Source of the DNA: Takakia lepidozioides
Lineage: Eukaryota > Plantae > Bryophyta
NCBI GenBank assembly: GCA_030704615.1
Contig: CM060731.1
Span: forward strand, 21,018,001 to 21,082,000
DNA length: 64,000 bases
Direction: 5' to 3'
This document shows, piece after piece, positions 51,474 through 64,000 of this stretch (position 1 is its first letter; each line of letters starts with the position of its first letter). The notes under the pieces were generated by a model. The model was not told the DNA's origin and searched no databases. It was given only the letters and a program-made list of their open reading frames with translations. Position numbers and translations under genes: made by a program.

Positions 51474-52562
51474 GATGATAAGGGCTGTGGTGGGATTCTT
51501 GCAGCAATACGAGTATCAACATTGGGGATTGTCACCCTGGAGCCATCCCTGTTCTCCCCTCACTACCCCAAGCTAGAAGAGCTCCGAAGTTCGCCACCAT
51601 GTCGCGCACACCTGCTTCCAGATCAATTCTACAATTTAGCTCAATCTGGTGGCATTGAGAACTCAAATGCAAGTAATTGTGCAGAATTCCTTCTGCCAAT
51701 TGGGCTACATGCCAGTTCTCCTGCCATTTGGACAATCCTGCAACAATTTCCTGGTGACATGTAAGGAATTCCGAGGCTTACTAAGATCTGACCGACCAGC
51801 GAGCGGTATGCAAGCAAGTGAACACCCTGTCCCCCCAGCCAAAGCTTTTCCGAAGACGGGGGTGAGGTCTGGCAGTGCCACCTCATGAGCCATTTGGAAG
51901 TGAATTTAATGGTCATGAAGCTCCCTGCATGCCGGAGACGAAGCGGGAAATGAGATACCACGGAGAGAGTATAGCATGATGCGGGAATATAGCAACTGTG
52001 ACTTGGCCGAGCACTGCTGTTGCTCACTTGTCAGCTGCTGTTCCTCTCCCTCTGCCCCTCGGGAGACTCTGTCTCGCCCACAGGCGGGCAGCCTGAAATT
52101 AAGTAATTCTTATCCTCTAAGATCGAGTGCTAATCCTAATCCGTCGTCTTCCTCCTCTCTCCTCTCTCCTTTCCTTCCCCTACAATCCACCTACAATCTG
52201 CTGCATCTTTTCCCTTCCCTCCTTCAGTGGGTTGCGCCCATATCTGTGTATCTTGTGTTTTGAGAGAGTCCTCAGTATTTTCAAATGACACACGCGCGCT
52301 ATTCCCGAAGGCTTGTGGGTTCTTCAGATCTATCCGTCGCTCCGTGGCCTGGCCACGAGCCCTTGCGTATAAGGTTTCGCGTGTAAATGCCAAAATCCTA
52401 CACTGGCTTTCCTCGTATTTGCTTACTTGTGGTTGATTGTGAAGGTCCATAGGAGTTGATGAGGAGGGCCTCACGATTTTGCTTGCTAGCGTTTCGCGAC
52501 GACAATCTGGATATCATAACCACAAAGTAGATGATGCGACAAGGGGTGAGAAATAAGGGACC

Positions 52563-55500
52563 ATGATATCTCTATACAGGGGAGAGCTTCATAAGGTTTC
52601 AGGGGTTCCACGGCAATGGCCTTTTCCCAAACCTTCGATCTCATTGCCTGCTTTCAAACTTGCCCTTGAAAAGCGACATGCAGCATTGTGTCGCCATAAT
52701 CCTAATACTAGTTTGCCTTCTCCTTCTCAAACAGTGTCCGAAACACCTCCACAATCAGCGACTGAAGAGCTCGAGAGGAAAAATGCAGTGGAAAGGAGGG
52801 CAGATAGCAGTGGCAAACTCAAGGAATTGGAGTTCAAAGTTGAGGTCCCGGATGAGATGGAAGATAGAAGTAAGTCGGGAGAAGATATTCAACATCAAAG
52901 CCCTGTGGATAGCGCAGGCATCAGTAAACCGGTCCATGCATCCAAATTGGAAGGTAGGGAGGAGTTTGATCGGGATTGGGGCGGGGGTGACACAGACAGG
53001 AGGGAAAACAGAAAGAGAAAAAGGGAGGATGACCCAGCGGATGAGGATTGGAGGATAATTGAAAAGACAGAGCTCAGTCCAAGATATGGAACCGGGATTG
53101 ATGTTGACTCGGCCAGACTTGACGAGGGATCAGAGCCTAGGGCTGTTGATGAAGAGAATCAGGAAGAGGAATTGAATTCGAATGCAACGGCTATGGACGC
53201 TGACGTGCGTGAGGCTGGGGGTTGCAAACCAGTAAAGGGAGCCGAAGAGGCAGGACCAAACGACTTGAAACCGATTGTTGTCGACCCTGATTTGGGGCTA
53301 TTAGACATGATCACAGACGGCAGTAGTGAAGCAGCAGCGAAGGTGGAAGCTCCGGCCACTCCACCTGCTTGTTTCGAAGAGCAGATTCCTGGAAAGAAAG
53401 TGGGTTCTCTCTCTCTCTCACACACACACACACACGCTCATGGCCAGAACCAGTTTCCCAGAGGTAGGTCCCTTAATGAAAGTCATCCCTCGAAAATGCT
53501 GTGGCCGTCATGCCACTCTCACCTTCCCCCTTTTTCGTCTCCTGGTGGATATTGGGCATTGGTTTATGAGAACGAATACATGTCTATTGCCAGTAGTATG
53601 TACTTTGTTATCATTATTTATGAGTAGGCTTTGGCCATTGACAGGGAAGGAGTTTGACTGTTGCATCCATGGACTCTAGGATATAAGCACAGAGCCTTGA
53701 GGGCGACTGAAAGCCACCACAAATATGACTGGAGCCCCTCTGTAGTAATTGTGACGGTGGCTTTCCATTCCAATTAAGCATCTAACCTTGCAATCTACAA
53801 GGGAGCGAGAACATCCTGTGCATTGCGATGTTGTGACAGGTTTGAAATCTTACCAAGATTGTTGATACTGGCACCTTTTAAGCTGTTAGAAGAGAATTAG
53901 TAAGATTTCATTGCTTTTTAAATGCAAATGAACCACAGGCAGGAAGCTGATTGCCGCAGAAGTGTGATCTTTCCAAAGAATCTCTTACAGATCCCCCTGG
54001 TAATATAAATGTTTTCTCTGAACCAAGTTTTGGAGCTTTCCACATTGTTCGTGTGCCCAATGATGATTCTGTAGTTGGAAGAACTTGTTGCAGGTGGAAG
54101 AGCACGAAAATGCAAGGAAGGATGTCAATACAGCAGAGGAGGCAGTAATTGACATAAAAGCTAAGAAAAGAGAGGAACTCGAGGCCATGCTGAAGAAGTT
54201 AACTGCAGAAAAGCATCAACTTGTGCAGATGCTGAAACAGGTCTCTCTAATCAATGTCTTGTTCAAGCAAAATTCTACAAGAGAGCATGAAAGGCACAGA
54301 GCGTCTGCTGGCACTGCTGGAGATTGTTATGGCTATATTGTCTTGGGGCCATGTTCTCTCATACTCTTACATGGCAGACGTCAGATATTTATCAGTGCAT
54401 TGAACTTTAAGATGCCATCACCTAGTGCATGGCACTTATTTGCATGAATACCGTCTTCAACATGAATCATCACTCGTGTTCTTTGTCACCAAAACGCACT
54501 TATGCAGGTATTAAGCAGCAAAGAAGACTCAAAGTGGAAGGGCCAGGGACTGTCGCAATCCCCATCATCAACCGGTGGTCCACATGGACCCCAGGGAGGG
54601 TCAAGTGGGGCTGATTTAACAACAGTCACCAATGCGTACCTGGACACCAACAGCACAGAAGGGACGGCTTTGGTGGATCTAGAAGAGGGAGAATTGGACT
54701 ATGCAAGGACCCCCAGCCCTCCTTCTCATACTCCTATGACTGAGCATCTGTCAGACCTTGGTGCACATCCTCCTCTTTGCCCTTCCCCTTCTGTGGTGCC
54801 CGTCCTTGGCCGGCAGCCGTCTGTGTCACAACATGTGGGCCAGGTTCTCTCTCTTTTCCTCTTTGTTGTCTCTTATAGCTCTACTGGATCCCATAGACTC
54901 TCTAGACAGATTTCTTCTTCTTCAGACTAATGTATTGGAGCTTGAGTACATGATCTTGCAAAATGGTTGTTTGTGCTGTGGAACAGCAACGGCAGCCCTA
55001 TGCTCAGAAGGCCACAGAGTTTGTTGGAATACCCAAGACTAGAAAAGCCAGCAAGCAAGCATAAAATATCACGACACTTCACTTGTTAAGGGCTATCATT
55101 TGGAAGGACCTTGTAACAGCCTGCAACGTGGTTGCTCAAACTCAATGCCTGGTTTTGTGAACCCACAACCACTTGCAAGTTGGCCTTGTGCCCTAACCAC
55201 CGGGCCATCTGTTGAATTCTTGTAAGTATTACAATTATGGGGACATTCTTTCTCTCTTACTCTGGCTGGTTGGTTGTTGCAGGCTGGAGCTGCTCAAGGA
55301 GGGTATTTCATGCAGGGACTTGGAATTCCTGTTCCAGGTCCGGCAGCAGGGGCAGGTGCAATATCTCCCGGATCTGGTTTTATTGGGAATTTGCCACTCA
55401 CCTTGGGTGGTCGCCCATATCCACATAATCTGGTATTATTACCTTACTTTCCTTACCTTAAAGCCAGACTCAAGTATTACACACTCACACAGATGATCTG

Positions 55501-56018
55501 TGACTTTTGGATGCGTCAGACCTATATGTTGGATGTGCATATTTGTCTCCTCTATTTGGTGCGCTAGAAAAGCAATTGCTCATTAGCCTTTGTATAGTAA
55601 CATAATGACTTTGGTCAATACTAGATCTACAAAGCAGCTATCCAAAGGTATTGTTGACATTTTTTTTCGTGGCTGGGGGTTTAAGGCAATGCAACACGCC
55701 GCAGCCCTCCATGCCCAGAAAGTTGCTGCTGCTGCGGCTGCGGCTGGGCATCCCCGTTTGAACCCCTTACTAAGTGGAGCAGGACCAGCACTTGGGGGAA
55801 GTGGGGTCGCAGGTGGCCCTCCTGGATTTAGTGGCTATGGAGTTGCTCCATCTGTACATAACCACCATGGCCACGTTCCCCAGGGAGCTTCCCCAGCAGT
55901 TGCCCACAGTGCAGGTCAACAAGGGGTTGTCTCATCCTCACTTCTGACGACACCAAGGAGTGCTACTGGATATCATGATACGCGTGCAGGGAACCCTTCA
56001 TGGCCTCTACAGAGATGA
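52563..56018 (+). CDS. Conserved plant uncharacterised protein (N-terminal LYRG.LH motif, coiled coil, low-complexity C-terminus)
   Basis: Exons 52563-53399, 54094-54240, 54508-54843, 55283-55432 and 55686-56018, all phase 0; a microexon near 54987 is possible. Motifs MISLYRGELHKVSGVPRQWPFPKPSISL..FK, KKREELEAMLKKLTAEKHQLVQMLKQVL and DLEEGEL. Confidence 0.75.
55070..55210 (-). mobile_element. Diverged SINE related to family A, intronic
   Basis: Reverse complement reads tggcccggtggttagggcac..gtggttgtgggttca..tagccctt. Confidence 0.5.
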
Positions 56019-57674
56019 AGGTGCAGAGAACTTGCATGCCTCTTTCTCTTTTGTAGAGCTAATAGGGGAAATCGCTGGAACAACTTCATACACTAAAAAC
56101 CTTGATCTGAGCAAGCTGAGAAATGCTAACACCTCTCTTTTGCTTGTTAACTTTTTGGACGAGGGCTGGCTATGATCATGTCCTAATCCTCACAGGGCCT
56201 CTCAAGAGCCCCCTCTGGATCTCTATGTATCTACAATGCTACGCCAAGCAATGTCCAACGTGTACATTATCTCATGGCAAGTGAGTTTTTTCCCCTTTTT
56301 CCTCACCCGAAAGTGCTTATCCTGAGAGGAAACCAAGTGTCGATGCAGATTGAATACGCACACTTATCATGTACCGCATCTTTTCTGATTTCCGAAGGAG
56401 GTTCTAATGTGATGCAATCTTACTCAGGAAATAGAAGTCCGTCCTAGAAACTATCCACATATTGCCTGTGCACATGAGGGTTTTCCTCGCCATCTGGAAG
56501 GCGCTTTTCCAGTCGTCCTCAGGTTGACTGTTATGTTAGACACTCTCATAAAAATAACGTTGCCAAGTGCCTAAAGTCTACAAGGGGAACTCCCGGGAAG
56601 TCCACAGGGAGAGCGATAACTTCAGAGGAAACAAGAACAACAAAGCAGCCTGCCAAGTGGAGAATCTACCCTGAATCCACCAGCAGACTAGCAGACTGAA
56701 ATTGCATGTCACAGAAATCCTACGACGTTACTGAAGAGCCATGATAGAAATGGTGAAACTGGAGAAGCTAACATTTCAACACAGGTGCTTTTTACACACC
56801 ATCAAAGTCCCATTGATCCAGTCACAATGCCCTTGAAAACTGCTGCAACAACATTCCAGAGAGGTATTTCACAAGTAAGAAGTGAATCTTCTAGCCATTG
56901 TAACCGATCCTCTGTAATTCTCCACAACCTTGTTGTGTGCAGATATTCAGTGTCTCAGTTTCCCATATAATCACCACTTGAACTGCTGGGACATTGAGAC
57001 TTGCACAATACAACATAAGCACTCACTGCCTTATCTTTGTTGCTTGCTAAAAGACCCATTTTTCAATACACCTCAAATCTACATATGGCACATGGCATCC
57101 AATGACCAAAACCATCCTCCTCACATGTCGACTTGTTGTGGGGTTGCAGGCAACATTGGGTGCTATTGCTAAGGTTGTGAGCCACCACAATGAAGACCGC
57201 CTATTAAATGTCATACTACATTGCTTGCAGACTTGGCTTAATGTAATTTCCAGTACAAAGCAACTGTTTTAAGCAGATGGCTGGCTTTCCCTTCTCCTTT
57301 GTGGACTTTCTTAAAGTATGGTATATACCAAATTTGAACCTCTTCTCCTAGAGAAAAGAGTCCAGTCAAATCTATTTGGAGAAATCACACCTGTAAATCC
57401 TAGTGTAAAGGCCTGATGACATCACACGACTATTTCTGACAAGGGCACATGGTGGCTGTGGCCCAGTGGTTAGGCATCTGCGCTGACCTTGTGCATTGAC
57501 TCGTGGTTTTGCCCCCCCTATTGGTTTATCCGCCCTTTGGTTTTGAGATTCAGTCCTCATGGCTCATAAATGAAAAGGGCTGTCACTCCCAGGTTTCCCT
57601 TTAAGAAAACACAAGGACGGTATCAATTGTGTGCAATGAAACACATACAAAACAGAGAACTTGTAGCTTGAGCG

Positions 57675-60600
57675 CTACCACCCTTTACCAATAAGCCACA
57701 ACCAGTCGAGGGTGACACCCGAAAATAATCCAACCACCAGGAAGAATACTAGAATGTTTCCTAGTGCATTTTGTTCAGGTCCCTGCAATCCATAAGCAAA
57801 CAAGGACTCAGCGCTCACTCTACAATTCCCCTCAAAAGCTGATATTAAAAATCAACAGCATGTAGAGAATGTAAGGAGAGGGCTCATAAGCTAATGCTTG
57901 TGGTTCTTATTAGTGCTTGACTACTTCCCTGCTTCTCTTGTTCTTAAGAGTTTGGCTGCAAAAGTGTTTTAGATAATGACCAAGAATGCTTGGGGGAGAG
58001 AGAGTGCATACCAGGTAGCCCTTTGGAGCAGCCACAAACACACAGACAGTTAGGTAACCATTGGAAAGGCCCAATATGATGCAGAGCATTATCATCCAGC
58101 CTTGAGCCCCATATTTGGCTGTGAAATAGAAGGCTGGAATGAAAGCCAACCGTGATAAGGCAGCAATCACCAATCCCCGGCGGGATTCCAAAATCAACCC
58201 CTTTACTAAAATGATGCAACGACCAATTACATCTCCAACATTGAACATTGCTATCAATGTTATCGCATACCTGCAATATTGCATTGGACCAATATGTGTT
58301 ATCAGGTAAAGAGTACTATCCTCAGAAGGATAATACTTTGTTATTTCAGTGCGCTTGCGGTATGACCCCAGGGGATCTAACAACTCCTAGGTTGCGTAAC
58401 AGTCTCAGCATGGAACTACCATAGGTCTTCCACAGCCACGGTACTCCCATTTTTGTATTGAACTGCAGTCTCTCTAGCTGGAAATGTGATGTCTGGTTAA
58501 TTTGAAAACTTTTCAAGGATTGGTGATGTCCTGGGGACATGCAGATGTGATCCCCATGGGTTGACATGAGATACCCCAGGCACCTTTCTACTGGTAACAG
58601 GGATTTCTTTAAAATGAAGGCTAATGCAAGTTACATGAGAGCTTACGAATTCACAGGAGGCAGTTTCTTACCACGTTCCCAATTTGTGCTGCCCGGTGTC
58701 TTCAGAGAGAAAGCCTGGGAAGATGGAAAGGGTCAGCGAGTAGATTGCAACAATCACAAATGCATAGTCAGCATTTTGCTTCATGAGTTCCGGGTTGGTA
58801 AGGCGTGCCCGAGTCTGGACTGTTTTCTCTGCATCCTGCCATGTACATGTCAAACTCAAACATCAGATCATCACTTTTCTCAATCACGTGACAAAATGCT
58901 TACTCACACTGCGAGGTTAATGCCTGTTGCATGCACCTGGCGAGGCAGCCACCCCCCAAGAAGCAGCACACTCCTGTAGCTGATTCGAACTCAAATGTGA
59001 CACCAAAGTAGAGGCAAGAAAAGAGTATATACCATTGGTTGGTATATGATGATACCACTGTAGCACAGAAGCGTCGAACTTAATACCACAGGTATTAGAC
59101 TTTTGACTGGACTGCCAGTCACATGTAAATACATCCAGGACTGGAAAGACAGGAAAGACAGGAAGAATCAAAGTACAACCTCCTTGGAGAGCCCAAATAG
59201 CATATTGAACATTAAGACACCATGATGCTCATGAGACTAAGCATGAAGCATTACTGGTCTTCAGAGGCACTAGTACGTCAATGGATCTTTCAAAGATCAT
59301 GTCTGATTTGCCTGTTCCTGTCCTGTTTCATGGGGACAGCTGCTGCGGTGGGGTTTACAGTGGAAGAATTTCTGTAGAGAGGACATGTCTGAAGATAAGA
59401 CTTGCCTAAACCAGCTAGTTTGTGAGTTGATTGGCCTGCAATTGTAGCAATTTGGGGCTGCCCAGGAAGATAATGACCTTGCATCGAACTTCAGTGGCAC
59501 TGGCCATCTCTGCCAAGAGGATTGCAAAGGATGTGGTGCTCCATGCACCAATCATTCTTGCAAGATAACATATTTGATATAATTCCATATTCTTCGTCCA
59601 CACAGAGACAGACAAGACTTTTTTCCCCACATAATCCACCCACCTAAAGCACTCACCTTTTCATATTCCAAGGATGTCATGCGGCCAGCAGCCAGGTCTG
59701 CACCCACAGTCAAAGAACCCTCGGCCGCAGCCTTCGCACGAAAGTATTTGACCGACTCCAGGCGAGGGAAAATGAAGGCATATAGTAAAATGCATGTGAA
59801 CTCGAAAAATGCCGAAATAAAGAAAAATAGCACTGTCCCAGAGACCCCAACATCCAGACAATTTGTCAGGGTAGTGATTCTATTGGCGGTGAGCAGTTTT
59901 CCCTGACCATTTCCATCCTAGAACATCATGTCCTACCATGCTCTTCCACAATTGACAACAAGCAATGACTTCAAACAAAACCTATCATATTTGACTCACA
60001 TGTGAGGCTACAGTCAGAAAGGTGGGTAGTGAATTACGAGCACTCTTGCGAAGTCCATCTTTTGTCTCCGGAAAGCTGGCCTTGCAGATGAAGCGTAGAC
60101 CTGAAGTTATTACTCCCGAGGCAGCTAGGCCTGCAGAGAAAGCCTGCGACCACCAGACCATACCAAGATCATCGACCGAATTTGGGACATTGCTCATGGA
60201 GGATGTTGAAGAAAACAGCCCAAACTTGTCACACAAAGTTCAGGCAGAATATACGTGGTCATGGGATAGAATGCTAGTATGGGTGGAGGTTATCCTACGT
60301 GGTCAGCCCAGCCACAGGTGATCCATGACTTCACAAACGAGATGCCCTGCAGCTTTCTACTCTTGAGAGGGTTACCAACTCCAGTCGTTCTCCTGTTCTC
60401 CCTCCAAGCTTTCACTCTTTGGGATTCTCTGGTGGAGATGGGAGAAAAGCTTCAGATGGCACAGCGACTCATTTGAGGATGGAGAGCTTACAGAAGTCTG
60501 TGGATTCTATATGGATTAACTTACCTGTACGTAATTGGCACGCATAAATGAGACCTCCCCAAACAAGCCCCCTTGGACATGTGCATCCGCAACTCCAAAA

Positions 60601-62746
60601 CCTGCAATGAAAATACAGTTACCAATGTAGGGTCCAACGCCACCCCGTCCATGTGTGCCCAGGTCCAGCTGTCCAAACCCCATTCAGTTACACCCCGCAG
60701 CAAATACTTGGTCATGAGAGGATGAGAAACAAAGAAAGGAAGAAGTAAGAATGCCCCAGTTCTGTGGCGTCTGACATTGCTACATGGAGCCCATCCTACT
60801 CGGGTGACAATGTGCGCCCGGAACGGGCATGGCAGTCTCAAGGCCAAGTTGCAAGGTTGAAGGTTATTCTTGCTCGTGTCGAAAGGGGCATCTTGAGATG
60901 GAGAGAAGATACACACAGAGAGGTAGACACGCGTTGAGTCACAAGCACAACGGGAAGACCCAATTCGCACACCCTGCCCTTATGATCAGGGACCGGTAAT
61001 GGGTGCTCACAACAGGGATCCCAGAGTTCACACTGCCAATCGATGCACATCCCCCATTGGAGAGGCTTAAGCAAAGCAATTGATATTAGCCAGTAGTATT
61101 ATGACCAGTCTAAATCATTCGTAGTTATTGACAACATGTCTCCAGCTCTCAGGCATAGAGTTGGATTAGGGTAGGTCTGAATCACTTACAATAGGAATTA
61201 GTAACGTAAAAAGGAAGAAGAGAGCATATCCACCGAGAATGCGCAAGCGCGTGTTGATGTTGGCTTCAAAGTGCGTGAGAATAAAGATTGTGACAAGTGC
61301 AAATGGTTGATAGACCAATGTAAACACTCGTGCTGGGTGATAACCCTGCAGCCGGCAATATTTTTGTGAGCTTAATGAAACGAAATGAAATGAAATGGTA
61401 CTTTACGAGAAAGCTGTAGAAATGGTAGAATAAATTGTCTGTGGGCCTTGGCAGATGTTCAATGTCTTGTTTCCTTCAACAGCAGCCAAAAAGAATAACA
61501 TATCGTTTGGAGTCAAAGAAGACAGAGCTAAAAGCTTAAGTTGAAATCAATCACAACTGTCTGTATTACCACTCCCCTGGGAGTTCTTGAAGGTTTATAT
61601 GGGGATACGCCGGCCAAATACAGGTCCACCCTTATGCTTACAAGAAACACACATTGAACATTGATCGTAGCCACATGATTGACCTTCATCATCAAACCAT
61701 GAAGTATGGCGAATCTCCTTTTGAGAACTTCAAAAAGAGGACATAATAACAGAAAAGGACCTGAACAACCAGCCCAGAGAGAGAGAGGAGACATATTCAT
61801 TTTGACATCCACTGGTAGTGTAAGGGTCTATGGAGTGAAAAGAAACTTCGAAGTGAGATGGCCAATGTCACACTACGGTAGTCCTGAAGACTTGGTAGAG
61901 AGGGGAGAAATGAAATGAAATGATATGGTACTTTATAACGTCTGCGGAAAGCTCAAAGAGCTTATGGGAGGAGAGAAAGAAAGGAGGAGACTCACTGAAA
62001 ATTCGATAGAGAAGTAGTCTTCGACAGTCAGCATGCTATTCCATCCAAAGAGGCAGCCATTGCCCAGCAGCCAACACACTAGATACGCTGTCTTCCGACC
62101 CTGAATACAGGTGAAGGCGAGCTCAACACAACATCTGTTTTCAGGGCACAACTAACTTTCATTTCTTCTAAAGATTTCATGAAGGAAAAGCTACACGTGA
62201 CCCAAAATAAATCCCTTGTGATAGGAGAAAGTGAACGGAGTTATTGCACATCAACATGACAAATGTCCAGATTGAGCACGTAGAAAAGGTAACGTTTCGA
62301 CATTGAGACGTGGAAAACAGGAAATCGTTGGTGTCATACGAAAAGTGTAATTAATGTGTATTGTTACAGTTTCCTCATTGCCCAGGCGTTTGGGTAGCAG
62401 GACAGGAAAGACGGAGGACAATGGGAACGGATGAGACTGAAAAGATTGAGCAAGCTTAAATTGGACAAGGAAACTCTTCAAATGAATAGATGTGATCACT
62501 TTCGAAGTGTTTCCAGTCGTGGCAAATTTATAGAGAGATAACACTATGCACACTCTATGAAGTGTGAGAGCGAAAAAGGACTTCAACCTTCGACTATAGA
62601 ATTCAAAGCCCAATGCTATACCAACTGAGCTACACATTCCGGCTCTTGAGAGAACTCCGAGCGCCTTGATTAACAAGGCATAGAGAGAAATCTACCTTGA
62701 TGGGCTCCGTGCCCACGAACGCCACTGAATCCTTGGACTCCCCCAT
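57675..62746 (-). CDS. Equilibrative nucleoside transporter (ENT3-like), 422 aa
   Basis: Nine exons in consistent phase: 62746-62696, 62100-61996, 61345-61190, 60668-60525, 60143-60038, 59832-59657, 58835-58672, 58270-58012 and 57782-57675. Motifs CWLLGNGCLFGWNSMLTVEDYF, YHPARVFTLVYQPF, ADAHVQGG, TLSIFPGFLSEDTG, GLSNGYLTVC and GPEQNALGN..LDWLWLIGKGW*. Confidence 0.93.
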
Positions 62747-64000
62747 GCCTCCTTATTGCCCACGGAAAGTTCAGTCTCACGCCATGGCACGTCAAAACCG
62801 AATTGTGCTACCCAACTGCAACCTACATGTAGCTGGTGCACAAAGAGGCCAGTATAAGAGGGATGGCAGACGATCAGAAGAACCCAATTGGAAAGTGCTG
62901 TCGCAGACAACACAAGCAAGGATCAAGCACGGATAGAATGCAGCTGGGCTTGAATTGAAGGTGGGCGCTGCCCACCCTCCAAGTGTAAGAAAGAAGGTCA
63001 ATTTTCTGCAGTATTCCCAAAATAAGTCCTCCCCCAAACCACCACTTGCTCGTCAAAACATGACTGTTTGACTGCATCTCCATCTCCTTGCGGACTCCAC
63101 CACCAAAACAGATTCCAAGCACACATGGAGGCAAAAAAATTCTAACATGCAGCAAAAGTTACACGGAGAATAACATACTGTCCAGGTTTGACTCTATTCT
63201 ATGGAGCAGACAAGCAGGATCCGTCCAATTGACCCGGGTCAAACCAATCCAGTTGCTCCACTGTTGTCCATGTCAACTGAAGAGCCAAGTGTTGTCTTCA
63301 TCAACCATGACACTGTTTACAGTGATGGCTGTCAGGAAGGGGGAGGCATCCATCTGGGCACACATTCATCACTACCCCTGCATTCTCCATGTTTGCATGC
63401 AAAGGATGTACATTGTGTTTTTGTGCCTGCAGATGATCTTACTATTGTGGTTGGTGGCAACGGAATTGTTTTGTGGGGTAGTATGATCCATTAGGCAAAG
63501 CATTTTCTCAATATATTTTTCACAACATGTACATCTTTACTGTTGCCAGTCTGCTGCAAGGCTGCTATTGCGTGCTATTCAAAACTTCTCACTGGAGGAT
63601 TGGTCCCTCTCTCAGCAACCCTTGCAACTCAGCTCGTCTTTGAAGCCTTCCGTGGTGTCTCAAAGGTCTACTTGCATCCACATGTTTTCCTTTTCAATTT
63701 TGTGTTTGATCATTAGGAGCAATGACCACATACACAGGGTATGGCTATCTGCTGGTCGGCCAAACTATTCTACTGTGAGCATCCTCTCTTGCTCCTGCGC
63801 ATAAAGAGCTTCCTCACTAAACATCAATTCTGAGACGTTTCTGTTAAAAGCTAAAAGAAAGATTGATTCCCAGGCATTGCGCTCCATGCCTAGAGGCATG
63901 CAGGCAATGCTTCCCACAATCTCCTCCGCGGGTATTTTGTGGACGGCGTCATTGAAGGCATACGCTCCATCTGCCAAAATCTCTCGAACCCTAGAGCTGA

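Noticed and set aside
56731-56830. Hammerhead-ribozyme-like core (CTGAAGA-stem-GAAA with downstream CCAGTC)
   Set aside because: Stem I cannot form next to the cleavage site; probably chance.
61560-61930. Coding-looking insert in an ENT intron, bracketed by (GAAAT)n..GGTACTTTA repeats
   Set aside because: No recognisable protein motif, so it could not be assigned.
63088-63977. Short ORFs at the right edge of the window
   Set aside because: No recognisable domain or consistent exon chain within the window.

Overview
Eukaryotic nuclear DNA, most likely from a seed-free land plant (inferred from PLS-DYW PPR genes, TTTAGGG telo-boxes, GT-AG introns and a pogo-type transposase). Left part (1-13.2 kb): a cluster of three PLS-class PPR-DYW RNA-editing genes (two decayed, one intact) around a RecX-family gene. 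By manual splicing, the intact PPR-DYW gene encodes a transit-peptide-like N-terminus, then a complete OSB-type PDF ssDNA-binding motif split by an intron, then ~15 PLS repeats, E1/E2 and an intact DYW deaminase. This fusion, which lies head-to-head with RecX, is the most notable finding. Middle part (13-39 kb): repeat-rich, with a TTAA/CCC-ended piggyBac-like non-autonomous element, a dead DD35D pogo/Fot transposase, several tRNA-derived SINE families, MITEs and one F-box gene. A 5'-truncated LINE with a 13-bp TSD sits just before it (10.9-12.4 kb). Right part (39-64 kb): Integrator subunit 4/SIEL, MITEs, a glycerol-3-P dehydrogenase relic, a conserved uncharacterised coiled-coil gene and a 9-exon equilibrative nucleoside transporter. 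All gene models were built by eye; no database searches were run.
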